A stretch of 64,000 nucleotides of DNA. Source: Candidatus Aminicenantes bacterium (GTDB lineage Bacteria > Acidobacteriota > Aminicenantia > Aminicenantales > Saccharicenantaceae). The translations under genes and the position numbers were made by a program. This document shows positions 21,496 through 31,598 of this stretch, piece after piece. The notes below the pieces were generated by a model that made no database searches, was not told where the DNA came from, and worked only from the letters and a program-made list of their open reading frames with translations. The stretch is taken from assembly GCA_963805045.1 (NCBI GenBank), contig CAWDTC010000025.1, positions 42,372-106,371 of the forward strand. Reading direction: 5' to 3'. The stretch's first letter is position 1. Each line of letters begins with the position of its first letter.

Positions 21496-23349
21496 GACGC
21501 GGCTCCTCCTCGGCGCACCGCGTCGGCCCTCCTCAGCGTGAAGGAGAACGTCGCGCCCTGTCCCTCCCGGCTCTCGACGCCGACCGTTGCCGCCGTGGGC
21601 CTCGACGATCTCCTTGACGATGGCCAGCCCGAGCCCCGCGCCCCGGTCTCCGGCTCCTGCCCGGGAACGCGGAAGAACGGCTCGAAGATCCTGGCGAGGT
21701 ACTTCGCGGGGATGCCGGCGCCCGTATCGGCGACCGAGAAGCGGACCGACGTCCTCCTCTTCCTTGGCGCGACACGGTGATCCGCCCGCCGGGCGGCGTG
21801 TGCTTGAGGGCGTTCGAGAGCAGGTTGCCGAAGACGTGGCTGATCGGGTCGGTCGGCCAGGACCTCGGGCAGGTCTGCCGCGCACGTCGACGGCCAGCGT
21901 CACGCCCTGGTCCTGGGCCGCCCGGCGGAAGGGCTCGAGGGCGTCCATGACCAGCGTCTGCGGGCGAGATCGGCCTGGAAGTCCATGCTGGCCTTCCCCG
22001 ATTCCATGCGGCTGATGTCGAGGAGGTTGTTGAGGATGTCGTGGAGCCGGTCGCTGTCCTCCCGGGCCGCGACCAGGAGCTCGGCCTGCTTCTCGGTCAG
22101 GGCGCCGACCTTCTCCTCGAGAAGGAGGTGGATGGCCATGCGGATGGAGGTCAGGGGGGTCTTCAGCTGGTGGGAAACGGTCCGGATGACACTCCGCTTG
22201 ATCTCGTCCTGCTGCCGGAGCTGGGTGACGTCCTGGAGGACGAGGATGACGCCGGTCGGCTGCCGCTCGGCGTCCAGGATGGGGACGGCCTCCGGGCGGA
22301 AGAAGCGCTCCTCCCCGTCCACGAATGCTGGATGACCTTCTGCCGTTCGCGGGGCGGAACGGGCCGGCCCTCGCTGAGGGCCTCGTTGTAGAGATCGACG
22401 TCCAGTCCGAACGGCAGGTCGCGGATGGCGGACGCCCGGCCTCAGGCCGAAGACGGTCCTGGCCGGCTCCGTCGACGACCTCCACCTTTCCCTCGAGGTC
22501 GACGACGGCGACGGCGTCGGGCAGCTGTCGAAGGCCTGCTGTGTCGCCCGCTGGATGCGGAGGAGCTTGGCCTGGTCGGTCCGCCGGAACTCCCGCAGGC
22601 TGGCGGCCATGGCGTTGAACGCCTCGGCCAGGTGGCCGATCTCGTCGTGGGAATCGCTCGGGACGACGAGGTCGAGGTTGCCGCGCCGGATCTCGTCGGC
22701 GGACCGGATCAGGCGTTCGGATCGGGCCGGAGGATCCAGCGTCCGGGCGAAGACGATGAAGCGAGCGGCGACGAGCGTCCCCAGGCCGAGAAGGACGATA
22801 CATCTGCCGCCGGGCCGCGGCGGCGCTCTGCGCGGGCCCGGTCGTTGGCGTCGCTCATGTTCTGCTGGTTCATCTGGAGGATGTCGTCGGCCGTGGCCTT
22901 GATCTGCCCGAAGAGCGGGAGAAGGGCATGTGAAGTAGGCGTCCCGGCGGACGTCCGGCGGCCTGCGCCGGGTCGCTTGACCTTCTCCAGGGCCGCTGCG
23001 TACCGGCCGTAAAGATCCTTGAGCGCGCGGCCTTCTCGCCCTCGCCCGGCACGGTGATGTTGTTCAGCTCGACCTGGAGGGCCTTTTCGAAGACGCCTTC
23101 GTTCTTCAGGATGAGCTCCTCCCCCTGACGGGAGTCGCCGAGGAGGGTAAAGAGCAGGCCGCTGTCGATGCGCTCCAGGGCCTCCTTCATCTGCTGGCAG
23201 GCGATGACGCTCCGGTAGTTCTCGCGGAGGATGACGTCGATGGACTCGCCGAGCCGCGAGAGGTGGAGGATGCTCTGGCCGCCGATGACGAGGATGATGA
23301 CGAGCAGCCCGCCGAAGCCCAGGGAGATCTTCTGACGGAGTCCGAGCAT
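21492..23349 (-). CDS. Membrane sensor histidine kinase (non-KdpD type; periplasmic sensor domain, HisKA, HATPase), frameshifted
   Basis: RBS GGAAGGAGAGG then ATG at 23349: MLGLRQKISLGFGGLLVIILVIGG... (ORF 22870-23349). HisKA VSHQLKTPLTSIRMAIHLL (ORF 21900-22610). HATPase ...GLGLAIVKEIVEAHGG in a third frame; stop at 21492. Confidence 0.75.
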
Positions 23350-23373
23350 TGCCTCTCCTTCCGGCCTTCATAA

Positions 23374-23389
23374 TGCAAGAGCCATGCCA
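23374..23389 (-). promoter_or_regulatory. Sigma-54 (-24/-12) promoter CTGGCATGGCTCTTGCAT immediately upstream of the HK-kdpFABC operon
   Basis: Minus strand reads TGGCAT-N5-TTGCA. The GG-to-GC spacing is exactly as in the consensus TGGCAC-N5-TTGCA. The predicted start site falls at the RBS, about 14 nt before the ATG. Confidence 0.55.
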
Positions 23390-23481
23390 GAGTTGCGTGT
23401 CTTCATAAACTATTGAAAATGAATGTGTTGCATTTCGCCTGGCAAAGCGCGGCTTGCATTCGTCAAGGTGGACGGCGAATT

Positions 23482-23503
23482 GGCCATTGAAAAATGCAAT
23501 GCG
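23482..23503. promoter_or_regulatory. Candidate enhancer/UAS inverted repeat GGCCATTGAAAAATGCAATGCG, about 105 nt upstream of the sigma-54 -24 element
   Basis: Arms GCATTG/CAATGC. A near-identical motif (17/22) occurs at the same distance from a second sigma-54-like promoter at 27521-27542. Further TTGCAT repeats lie at 23427 and 23454. Confidence 0.4.
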
Positions 23504-23544
23504 ACCTGGAGGATCTTCGATCGGAGGCGACAGAGGCGCTTCAG

Positions 23545-24914
23545 CTAAAGGCCGTACTTCTTACGCCGCCGCCAGAGGGTGGCCTGGTCGATGCCGAGCA
23601 CGTCCGCCGCCTCCTGGAGGGAGTCGCGTCCTCGCCAGGACGCGCCGGATGTGCTGCTCCTCGATCTTGTCCAGGCTCACGCGGTCGCCGAGCCGGACCT
23701 CGGCGCCGCCGGGAACGACTCCCGCCGGCAGGCATTCGATGCCGACGCGGTCGTCGCGGCAGAGGATGGCGGCGCGCTCGACAGCGTTGCTCAGTTCGCG
23801 GACATTGCCCGGCCAGGCGTAGCCGGCCAGGGCGCGAAGGGCCTCGTCCGTGAAGCCCAGGTACGAGCGGTGGTTATTGCGGGCGTGAAAGGCCAGCAGC
23901 CGTTCCGCGAGCCCGGCAATGTCGCCCGGCCGCTCGCGGAGGGGAGGGATCTCGATCGGGATGACGTTCAGACGGTAATAAAGGTCCTCCCGGAAGCGGC
24001 CGTGCTTGACGGCGTCCTCGAGGCTCGTGTTCGTGGCCGCGATCAGCCGCACGTCCGCCTTCCGCGTGACCGTGTCGCCGACGCGCTCGTATTCCCGGTC
24101 CTGGACGAAGCGCAGGAGCTTCGGCTGGAGGGCGAGGGGCAGGTCGCCGATCTCGTCCAGGAAGAGCGTCCCGCCGTCGCTCGCGGCGATCCGGCCGGGG
24201 TTGTCGCGGACGGCGCCGGTGAAGGCGCCCTTGACGTGGCCGAAGAGCTCGCTTTCGAGCAGCTCCGGCGAGAAAGAGGGGCAGGAGATCAGGCTGAACG
24301 GCTTCCCCGCCCGGGGGCTCCAGGAATGGATGGCCCGCGCCAGGACCGTTTTGCCCGTGCCGCTCTCGCCGCGAAGGAGGAGCGTCGCCTCGGATGCCGC
24401 GGCCTGGCGGGCCAGGGCCGCCGCCCTCTGCATGGCCGGGTTCGAACTCGAAAAATCGACCTCCGGACGCTGGCGGCCCAGGTCCTCCTGTAGGGCGGCG
24501 ACCTTCTGCTCGAGCGTCCGGACCTCGAAGACCTTCCGGACGGCCAGGTTGATCTGGGCCGGCGTGAACGGCTTGGGGATGTAATCGGTCGCTCCCCGCC
24601 GCATGGCCTCGACGGCCGTATCGATGGAGGCGTAGGCGGTGATGACGATGATCTTGAGCCAGGGCGTCGCCGCGAGGAGGGGCGGGATGAGGTCGAGGCC
24701 GTCGTCGGTGCCCAGCCGGAGGTCGACGAAGGCCAGGTCGAAGGAACGGCGTGCGGCCTCGGCCAGGGCGTCCTGGAAATTGCTGACCGCCGATGACCTT
24801 GTGGCCTTCCGTCTCGAGACAGAGGGCCAGCGTCTTGCGGATGTTGAGCTCGTCGTCCACGACCAGGACATGGAGGGACGGGCTCACGGCCGGGATGCTC
24901 TTTTCGGGCCCCAT
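23545..24914 (-). CDS. Sigma-54-dependent (NtrC-family) response regulator: REC - AAA+ sigma54-activation domain (GAFTGA) - Fis-type HTH; frame breaks near both ends
   Basis: N-terminus MGPEKSIPAVSPSLHVLVVDDE (ATG at 24914). AAA+ with GESGTGKT and GAFTGA. C-terminal HTH ...EAADVLGIDQATLWRRRKKYGL* read in a shifted frame (stop at 23545). Confidence 0.8.
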
Positions 24915-24937
24915 GGGACGATCCGCTTCGGGCCCCA

Positions 24938-24966
24938 AGCATAGCGGACATCCGGGGGAAAAGCAA
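24938..24966 (-). promoter_or_regulatory. Candidate sigma70 promoter TTGCTT-17-TATGCT for the response-regulator gene
   Basis: Minus strand: TTGCTT (24966-24961), 17-nt spacer, TATGCT (24943-24938), about 25 nt upstream of the ATG at 24914. Confidence 0.35.
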
Positions 24967-25105
24967 CACGCAGCCAAGCGATGGACGGGGCATGTCCTCC
25001 CACGGCAGACAGGGCCTTCCTCGGGCTGGAAGGTTCCCATTTGCCGTGTTTCGGACTACAATAAGGGTGTCAAAGTCAGGACATGGGTAATCCCCCGGAG
25101 GCGTC

Positions 25106-25879
25106 ATGACACTCAAGAAGAAACTGACTTTGGGCCTGGGGTTCTTGTTCCTCATCATATTCTTTTTGGGGATTTTCTGCTCCTACCATATCGGCAGCCT
25201 CTCGCAGGACGCCGAGAACATCCTGAAAGACAATTACAAATCACTCGTCTACTCCAGGAACATGATCTCGGCCCTCGAGGACATGCGGACGGCCGTCAGC
25301 AGCATTATTTTCAACGTGCCCGAAGCTAAGGAGACATCAGACTACTACCTGAAGCTCTTTGAAGCCGGCCGGATCGAATTCGAAGCCAATCTCAAGTCCG
25401 AGAACGGCAACATCACCGAGATCCATGAAAGCGATTACGTGGCCGCGGTCAACCGGGATTATGTTCTGTACGCAAGCCTCTGCCAGCGCCTCGTCAAGGG
25501 GGAGGGCGGCCGCGCGCTCTATTTCAATGAATACCAACCCGCCTTTGAAAAACTCAGGCACGCCATCATCAGCATCAACGACGTTAACATGCAGGCCGTC
25601 GAGCGGAAAAATCAGATCGCAAAGCAGGATTCGGCCAGGACCATCAGCCTTATGGCCGGCATCGGGGCCTTTTGCCTGCTCCTGGCGTTCGGCTATTTTT
25701 GGTACTTCCCGGTTTACATCTCCAACTCGATCAGCTATCTTGCGGACAGGATGAAGACGCTCCTGAAGAAGTCCAACATCGTCCTCGATATCAGGACGGA
25801 CGACGAAGCCTTCATCGTCTTGCAGGGCATCAACCTGCTTGAGAACAAGCTGGACGTCAAAGACAATGGACAGGCCTAG
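25106..25879 (+). CDS. Orphan membrane-anchored sensor-domain protein (two TM segments, no output domain); paralog of the HK sensor domain
   Basis: MTLKKKLTLGLGFLFLIIFFLGIF...ENILKDNYKSLVYSRNMISALEDM aligns with the HK N-terminus ...DVILRENYRSVIACQQMKEALERI. A second TM is near the C-terminus. RBS GGAGG. The gene is visibly lower in GC than its flanks. Confidence 0.6.
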   Translation: MTLKKKLTLGLGFLFLIIFFLGIFCSYHIGSLSQDAENILKDNYKSLVYSRNMISALEDMRTAVSSIIFNVPEAKETSDYYLKLFEAGRIEFEANLKSENGNITEIHESDYVAAVNRDYVLYASLCQRLVKGEGGRALYFNEYQPAFEKLRHAIISINDVNMQAVERKNQIAKQDSARTISLMAGIGAFCLLLAFGYFWYFPVYISNSISYLADRMKTLLKKSNIVLDIRTDDEAFIVLQGINLLENKLDVKDNGQA

Positions 25880-25896
25880 AGGCCTGCGGATGGATT

Positions 25897-27201
25897 CTAA
25901 AAGGTGAAGAGGGCGTCCACGCTGAATGTCAACTGATCTTGATGGCCGCCGTCGAAGGCCGCGCGGTCAGAGTGGTCGTAGCGAACTTCAGGCCGGAACA
26001 GCACATGCGAGAGGATATGGTCTTTTGGGAACGGCTTGATCGCCATGCCCATGGTTGCCTCACGGTAGTCGGCGCTGACGGGCGCACCGGTGGAAAAGCC
26101 ATTGGCGGCGTCTTTGTACCACTCCAGCCGGGTGTTCAGTGTGAAGTGCGTATCGATCGCGAAGCTTACGTAGCCAGCCACGCCACCCCACTGCTTAACA
26201 CCGTCCGGTAAGCCCGGGATGTGCGGCGCGACGACGTAGTCAACGCCCAAGCCGAGGCTGAATTTGTCAGTGACCTTGTGGGTCATAACCAAGTCCAAGG
26301 CGGTCCACCAGTCGCTGTTGTCGCCCGGAGGCAGATTCGTTCCGACGCCCGCCGGGAACTCCGGGCCTTCCGTCATCACGAAAATGACGGAAGTCTTGTC
26401 GCTGGGCGTATAGATCACGCGGCCCAAGAAGTCCAGGGAATCGTTAGCGTCGCGCGTCGACTGGTTCCAGCCGCGCGTGAAGCCGGCGTCAAACGTCCAC
26501 TGGCGGTTAAGCACGACGGTGGCTAATACGCCCGTCTGCGTGCCAGACTCGGCATAGAGAAACTGATAACTGTAAGAATAAAGTGCCCTGGCCGGATCAC
26601 CGAAAGCCCCGTAGATGTTAGCGCTGAACTGCTCGAAACCGGCCAGCTCGATCCATTTGCCCACGCGGAGTCGAAGCGGCAAGCCCGGGAGGGTCACGTC
26701 CACATAAGCTTGGAGAAGGTCCCATTGATTGCGCCCGGTCTGCGTATCCATCATGCCGTTCGAGTGGATGAACGCCGCATCTGCGCCATAGATGCCTTCC
26801 CCGTGGAAACCCACGTTAAATGCCTTCTTGGTCGGATCGACCGTGCGCTCGATATTCAAACTGATCTTGTCAAGGATGACCGTGTTCTTGAAATTGTTAT
26901 ATCCGATGTAGGTCGGGCCGGGACTGTCAGGCGCGGAGAGGTCGTAAAAGTAACCGCCTTGAGCATAGCCGTAGATGTTGATCCTGGCCTTGTTCAAAGG
27001 CCCAGCTATTCCCCCCTCGGCCAAAGCCGTCATCAGCGGCCCCGGTGTCGGCACGGTCGTGGTCGGCGGACTTGCTTCCTGGATCTTTTCCTTGTCCGAT
27101 GTCGCTGCCGGTGCATTTTGGCCGGCGCGCAATGGGATATTGATCCAAGCGGCAAGGAGCGCACAGCTGACTGCGGCAATCCCGAATTTAACGACTTTCA
27201 T
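25897..27201 (-). CDS. Outer-membrane beta-barrel protein (porin-like), with a signal peptide
   Basis: RBS AAGGTGA then ATG at 27201: MKVVKFGIAAVSCALLAAWINIPLRAG. Alternating amphipathic strands; C-terminal ...SVDALFTF (terminal Phe). Confidence 0.6.
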   Translation of the reverse strand: MKVVKFGIAAVSCALLAAWINIPLRAGQNAPAATSDKEKIQEASPPTTTVPTPGPLMTALAEGGIAGPLNKARINIYGYAQGGYFYDLSAPDSPGPTYIGYNNFKNTVILDKISLNIERTVDPTKKAFNVGFHGEGIYGADAAFIHSNGMMDTQTGRNQWDLLQAYVDVTLPGLPLRLRVGKWIELAGFEQFSANIYGAFGDPARALYSYSYQFLYAESGTQTGVLATVVLNRQWTFDAGFTRGWNQSTRDANDSLDFLGRVIYTPSDKTSVIFVMTEGPEFPAGVGTNLPPGDNSDWWTALDLVMTHKVTDKFSLGLGVDYVVAPHIPGLPDGVKQWGGVAGYVSFAIDTHFTLNTRLEWYKDAANGFSTGAPVSADYREATMGMAIKPFPKDHILSHVLFRPEVRYDHSDRAAFDGGHQDQLTFSVDALFTF

Positions 27202-27413
27202 GGGTGTCACCTTGGTTAAAGGATGTGCGATCTCTTCCGGATTCGGTTGCGACGGTCGAGCGACTATCATCAATCCGCTGCACGATTTGCGAGAACTGAC
27301 GGTCGAGGATATGCACGACTGTATTTCCTATGGGACGGCTGGCTTTCTGGATGTTTGTTTTTGATTTCATGGATTTAAGGGGGCTTGGCGTTTTTTTCCG
27401 AGAGACCGGATAG

Positions 27414-27431
27414 TGCAAGATATATACCAAC
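27414..27431 (-). promoter_or_regulatory. Sigma-54-like promoter GTTGGTATATATCTTGCA (TGGTAT-N5-TTGCA) about 210 nt upstream of the OMP gene
   Basis: Exact GG-N10-GC spacing; a TGGTAT -24 variant is known from nif promoters; shares an upstream motif with the kdp sigma-54 promoter. Confidence 0.35.
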
Positions 27432-27520
27432 AGATCTTTACTGTATCTGATTAAAAATAAATGAGTTTTTCGAAGTTCGAGTTCCGGGCCTGGTTGCACT
27501 AATCAATTAAGGTCGCGAAT

Positions 27521-27542
27521 GGGCATTGAGAAATGCAACGGC
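27521..27542. promoter_or_regulatory. Second copy of the candidate UAS motif GGGCATTGAGAAATGCAACGGC, about 104 nt upstream of the -24 element
   Basis: 17/22 identity with 23482-23503, and the same distance to its promoter. Confidence 0.35.
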
Positions 27543-27594
27543 GGCGGCCTTCATCGCCGCCACGAGCTTACTTATTAAGCTTGTTTCGTTCGAA

Positions 27595-28392
27595 TTAGAC
27601 CGTAAGCTCGCCGCGGAGGAAGGTCACGGCCCGGCCGGCGATGCGGACCCGGTCGTCGTCGAGGCGGACGCGAAGGACGCCGCCTCGCGCCGAGGCCTGG
27701 AAGGCGGTCATCGAGGCCTTGCCCAGGCGCCGCGCCCAGTACGGCGTGAGGACGCAGTGCGACGAGCCCGTCACCGGGTCCTCGTCGACGCCGACGGCCG
27801 GGGCGAAGAAGCGCGAGATGAAATCGAATCGTGGGTCGCCCGACCGGCTGGTGACGATGACGCCGCGCGCCGGGAGGGTCCTGAGCGTCGCGATGTCGGG
27901 ATCGAGCGTTCGGACGGCCGCCTCGTCGGCGACCTCGACCAGGGCGTCCTCGGCGCTCAGGCCGATGAACGAGGGCTTGACGCCCAGGGCGCCGACGAGG
28001 GCGTCGGCCCAGTCCGGCACCCCCGGTTGGACGGGACGCGCCGGGAAGTTGAGCTCGATCCATTCGCCGTCGCGGCGGGCCGTGAGCAGTCCGCTCAGCG
28101 TCTGGAAGCGCGCCTCCCGGCCGGCGGCCAGGATCCCCTCTTCCCAGAGGATGTGGGCCGTGGCCAGGGTCGCGTGGCCGCACAGCTTGACCTCGACCTT
28201 GGGCGTGAACCAGCGCAGCCGGAAGCCGTCCCCCTCGGCCAGGGGGAAGGCCGTCTCGGCCAGGTTCATCTCGGCGGCGACGTCCTGCATCCAGGGGGCC
28301 TCGGCCGGGCCCTTGAGCAGGCAGACCCCGGCCGGGTTGCCCTTGAACGGCTCCGCCGCGAACGCGTCGACCTGGAAAATCGGGATGCCCAT
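27595..28392 (-). CDS. PhzF-family phenazine-biosynthesis-like isomerase
   Basis: MGIPIFQVDAFAAEPFKGNPAGVCLL...; RBS GGAGGA lies 5 nt before the internal ATG at 28392, so that start is preferred over the ATG at 28407. Confidence 0.8.
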   Translation of the reverse strand: MGIPIFQVDAFAAEPFKGNPAGVCLLKGPAEAPWMQDVAAEMNLAETAFPLAEGDGFRLRWFTPKVEVKLCGHATLATAHILWEEGILAAGREARFQTLSGLLTARRDGEWIELNFPARPVQPGVPDWADALVGALGVKPSFIGLSAEDALVEVADEAAVRTLDPDIATLRTLPARGVIVTSRSGDPRFDFISRFFAPAVGVDEDPVTGSSHCVLTPYWARRLGKASMTAFQASARGGVLRVRLDDDRVRIAGRAVTFLRGELTV

Positions 28393-28551
28393 GGTTTCCT
28401 CCGTCATTCGTCCCCGGCCGAGGAAAGAGCCGCCTCAATCATGGCGAGCCAAGCGAACCGTCGATGGACTTTCGTCCTCTCCTCCCTTCTTCTGACCGTC
28501 CCCGTGGGCTCCGTGTTCATCGGCGACTTCCCCTGAGACTGGAAGAAGGGC

Positions 28552-31506
28552 CTACTTCTTCGGTTCTTCGGCCTTCTTTTCTTCCGGCTTCCTGTAGAGC
28601 GCGTTGACGTCGCGCTTGCCGCGCTCGAGGTACGGGACGCCCTTGTCCATCCACTCCGGCCGCGGCTTTCCGAGCAGGTAGTGGTCGAAGAACTCGTCCA
28701 TGTGGACCGTCCAGTACTTCTGGTTCTCGCGCTCCCGCAGGCCGTGCTTCTCGCCGTTGAAGTCGAACATGTAGGCTTCCTTGCCCAGGTGGCGCATGGC
28801 CGAGAAGAACTCGATCCCCTGGTACCAGGGCACGGCATCGTCCTCGTCGTTGTGGATGGTGAGGTAGGGCGTCTTGACCCGCTCGACCCAGAAGACGGGC
28901 GAGTTCTCGATGAACTGGAGGGCCCGCGTCCAGAGCGGCGCGCCGATCCGGCTCTGCGTCTTCTCGTACTGGAAGGCCCGGGACATGCCCGTGCCCCAGC
29001 GGATGCCGCCGTAGGCGCTGGTCATGTTGGAGACCGAGGCGCCCGCCTCGACGGCGGCGAACATGTCCGTCTGGGTGATCATGTAGGTGATCTCGTAGCC
29101 GCCCCAGCTGTGGCCCTGGATGCCGATCCGCTTCGGGTCGATGAAGCCCATGCCCAGCGACCTTCTCCACGGCCGGGATGACGCACTTGAGGGCGCTCGA
29201 GCCCGGGTAGCCGACCTCGTAGACGATGTCGGGCATGAGGATGACGTAGCCGTTGCTGACGTAGCGCGTGAAGTTGATGTTCGTGCCGGGCGAAGGCGCG
29301 TAATAGCGGTTGAGCCCCTCGGCCATGGTCTCGTAGATGTAGACCATGAGCGGGTACTTCTTCGCCGGGTCGAAATCGTCGGGCTTGATGAGCACGGCCG
29401 GGAGGGTGACGCCGTCGGCGTTGAGGTAATCGATGCGCTCGGCCCTCCCCCAGCTGTACTCGGCCTGCTGCGGGTTGGCGTCGCTCACCTTGCGCGCCGC
29501 GGCGAAGTCGCCGTCGCTCACCCACAGGTTCGGGAACTCCTCGAAGGTCTGCCAGCGTGAAGGCGTAGACGTCCGCGTTCTTGGCCTTGCGGAGGCCGCC
29601 GAACTGCTTGTCGAGCATGACGACCTTCACGGGGTCGCCGGGCGTCGCCAGGTTCGCCCGGTAGGCGCCCGAGGCCCGGGTGACGTCGTTCGTCGCGAGC
29701 AGGATGACGGGCTCCTTGGCCGGCACGGTCTTTCGCTCGGGGTCGAGGCCGATGTAGCGGAAGACGACCTTGTCGCGCCGGCCGACGCCGTTCGTGACCA
29801 TGCGGGCCTTCGACCCGTCGGGCAGGACCTCCCAGATGTCGTAACGGTCGTAGATGAGGACCGAGGCGTCGCCGTCCGTCCAGCCGCCCGTGCCGTAGGG
29901 GCCGGGCTCGCCGGGCGTGTCCTAGGTCTCGTCGACGAGGCTGACGCCGAGCTTGGCCGTCAGGTTGAACGTCTTGCCGTCCAGGACGCGGTAGGCGTAG
30001 TAGTTTCGGTCGGCGTCGTTGAACCAGAGCAGGTACTTCCCGCCGGGCGAGATCGAGCGCGCCGTAGGGGCTCTTCTCGAGGACCTTCTTGCGCGAGCCG
30101 TCGGCCAGGCTGACGAGGTAGTTGTCCTCGTAGCTCCGGTCCCAGGAAACGAGCTGGCGGTAGGGGACATCGGAAGACGCCAAGGGCGAGCTTGGCGTCC
30201 TCCGAGAGCGTGACTTCCGGCATGTCGTCCGTGGCCAGCTGCACGAACTTCTTTTCCTTGGGTCCGAAGTGGACGACGCACATCAGGCTGCGCTTCTTGT
30301 CCTCTTCGGCCCGGACCTTCTGCATCGGCTGGAGGTAGGGGTCTTTCCAGCTCCAGATATCGACCTTGACCGGCTCGGGCGCGTCCTTCGGCTCGGGCTT
30401 GGGCGCCGGCGCGATGCCGAAGAAGAGCCGGCCGCCGTCCTTGGAGAAGACGAGCTTGCCGTTCTCGCTCACGGCCATCCCGGCGGGGAAGGTCTTCCAC
30501 GCGCCAGGCGCGAGCTCGACCGCCCCGCCAGCCCCGGCAGCGGCGGCTGGCTTGATCGCCGCCGGGGCCCAGTAATAGAGCTTCGAGGCGGACTTGTCGG
30601 CCTTATAATCATCGCGGTCGCTGGTGAAGGCGAGCTGCGCTCCCTTCTCGTCGAAGGCGAAGCCCTTGTAGTTCCCGAGCCCTTTGAGCAGCGCGACCGT
30701 CTTCCCCGTGGCCGTCTCCCGGGCGAAAGCGCCGTCGTTCTCCGGCGTCTTCGAGGAGACGCCATAGGCCAGCCAGGCGCCGTTCTTCGGCCAGGCGTAC
30801 TCGACGACCTCGGCGATCCGCGTCTCCTTGCCCGCGGCGAGCTCCCGGACGACGAGGTCCGTGCCGGGCTCCTTCTTTTTCTCCTCTTTCTTCTTTTCTT
30901 CGCGGCCCCTTCCTTCTTCGGCTCGCCGGGCTTCGGCTCGGGCTTCTCGGCTTCGGGCTCTTTCTTGACTTCCTCTTTCTTCGCCTCGTCCTTCTTCTCC
31001 TCGTCTTTCTTGGCGGGCGGCTCCATCAGGTAGGCCACGGCGATCCCCGATTCCTCGGGCACCTTGAAGCTCTTGACCCGCTCGACCGTCGTGACGTCGC
31101 CCGTGGCCAGGTCCATGATGCCCAGTCCGGCCTTGGGCTGCTCCTCGGGCTTCTTCTTGTCCTTCTTCGCCTTGTCCACCTCCGCCTTTAGCGGCGCGAC
31201 GGTGAAGACGACGAACTTGCCGTCGACGGTGATCGTCGGTTGCTTGCCGCGCGGCGACCGGTACTCCTTGTTCGTTTTCAGGTTGAGGGCGACGAGCTCG
31301 CCGTCGCCGTCCTGCGGGACAAGGGCGTAGACGAGCCATTGCCCGTCGCGGGAGAGCTGGGTGCCCTGGATCGAGCGCCAGCCGTCGTAGGCGTCGTAGG
31401 AGAGGGGTTTCTTCGCGGCGAGTCCGTGGCCCGCCGAGGCGGCGAGGGCGAGGACGCAAAGACCGATGACGAGAACGGACGGAATTCGGGCGAGACGACG
31501 GGACAT
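28552..31506 (-). CDS. Secreted S9 family peptidase (beta-propeller + prolyl-oligopeptidase catalytic domain), multiple frame breaks
   Basis: RBS GGAGGAAAA then ATG at 31506 and a signal peptide (MSRRLARIPSVLVIGLCVLALAASA). Lys/Glu/Pro-rich low-complexity insert. Catalytic domain GHSWGG ... in ORF 28552-29151. The pieces are spread over at least 5 frames. Confidence 0.75.
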
Positions 31507-31560
31507 GGGGTTTTCCTCCGGCGAGAATCGGTGAAGGCCTGCGGCCATGAGGTGTTGAAT

Positions 31561-31588
31561 ATTATAGGAGAAGCCGGTGCGCGGTCAA
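31561..31588 (-). promoter_or_regulatory. Candidate sigma70 promoter TTGACC-16-TATAAT for the S9 peptidase gene
   Basis: Minus strand: TTGACC (31588-31583), 16-nt spacer, TATAAT (31566-31561), about 55 nt upstream of the ATG at 31506. Confidence 0.45.
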
Positions 31589-31598
31589 CCGGCGCGAG

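Noticed and set aside
24990-25010. Sigma-54-like element on the plus strand upstream of the orphan sensor gene (GG..ttcccattt..GC)
   Set aside because: The GG-to-GC spacing is 9 rather than 10, and the flanks do not match TGGCAC/TTGCA.
27188-27499. 103-aa ORF / 60-aa uORF in the long leader upstream of the OMP gene
   Set aside because: No Shine-Dalgarno, low-complexity product, and it spans the predicted sigma-54 promoter. It is more likely untranslated leader.
28404-28838. Minus-strand 144-aa ORF between PhzF and the S9 peptidase
   Set aside because: Ser/Thr/Arg-rich with no motifs. It overlaps the peptidase catalytic-domain frame, which has GHSWGG.
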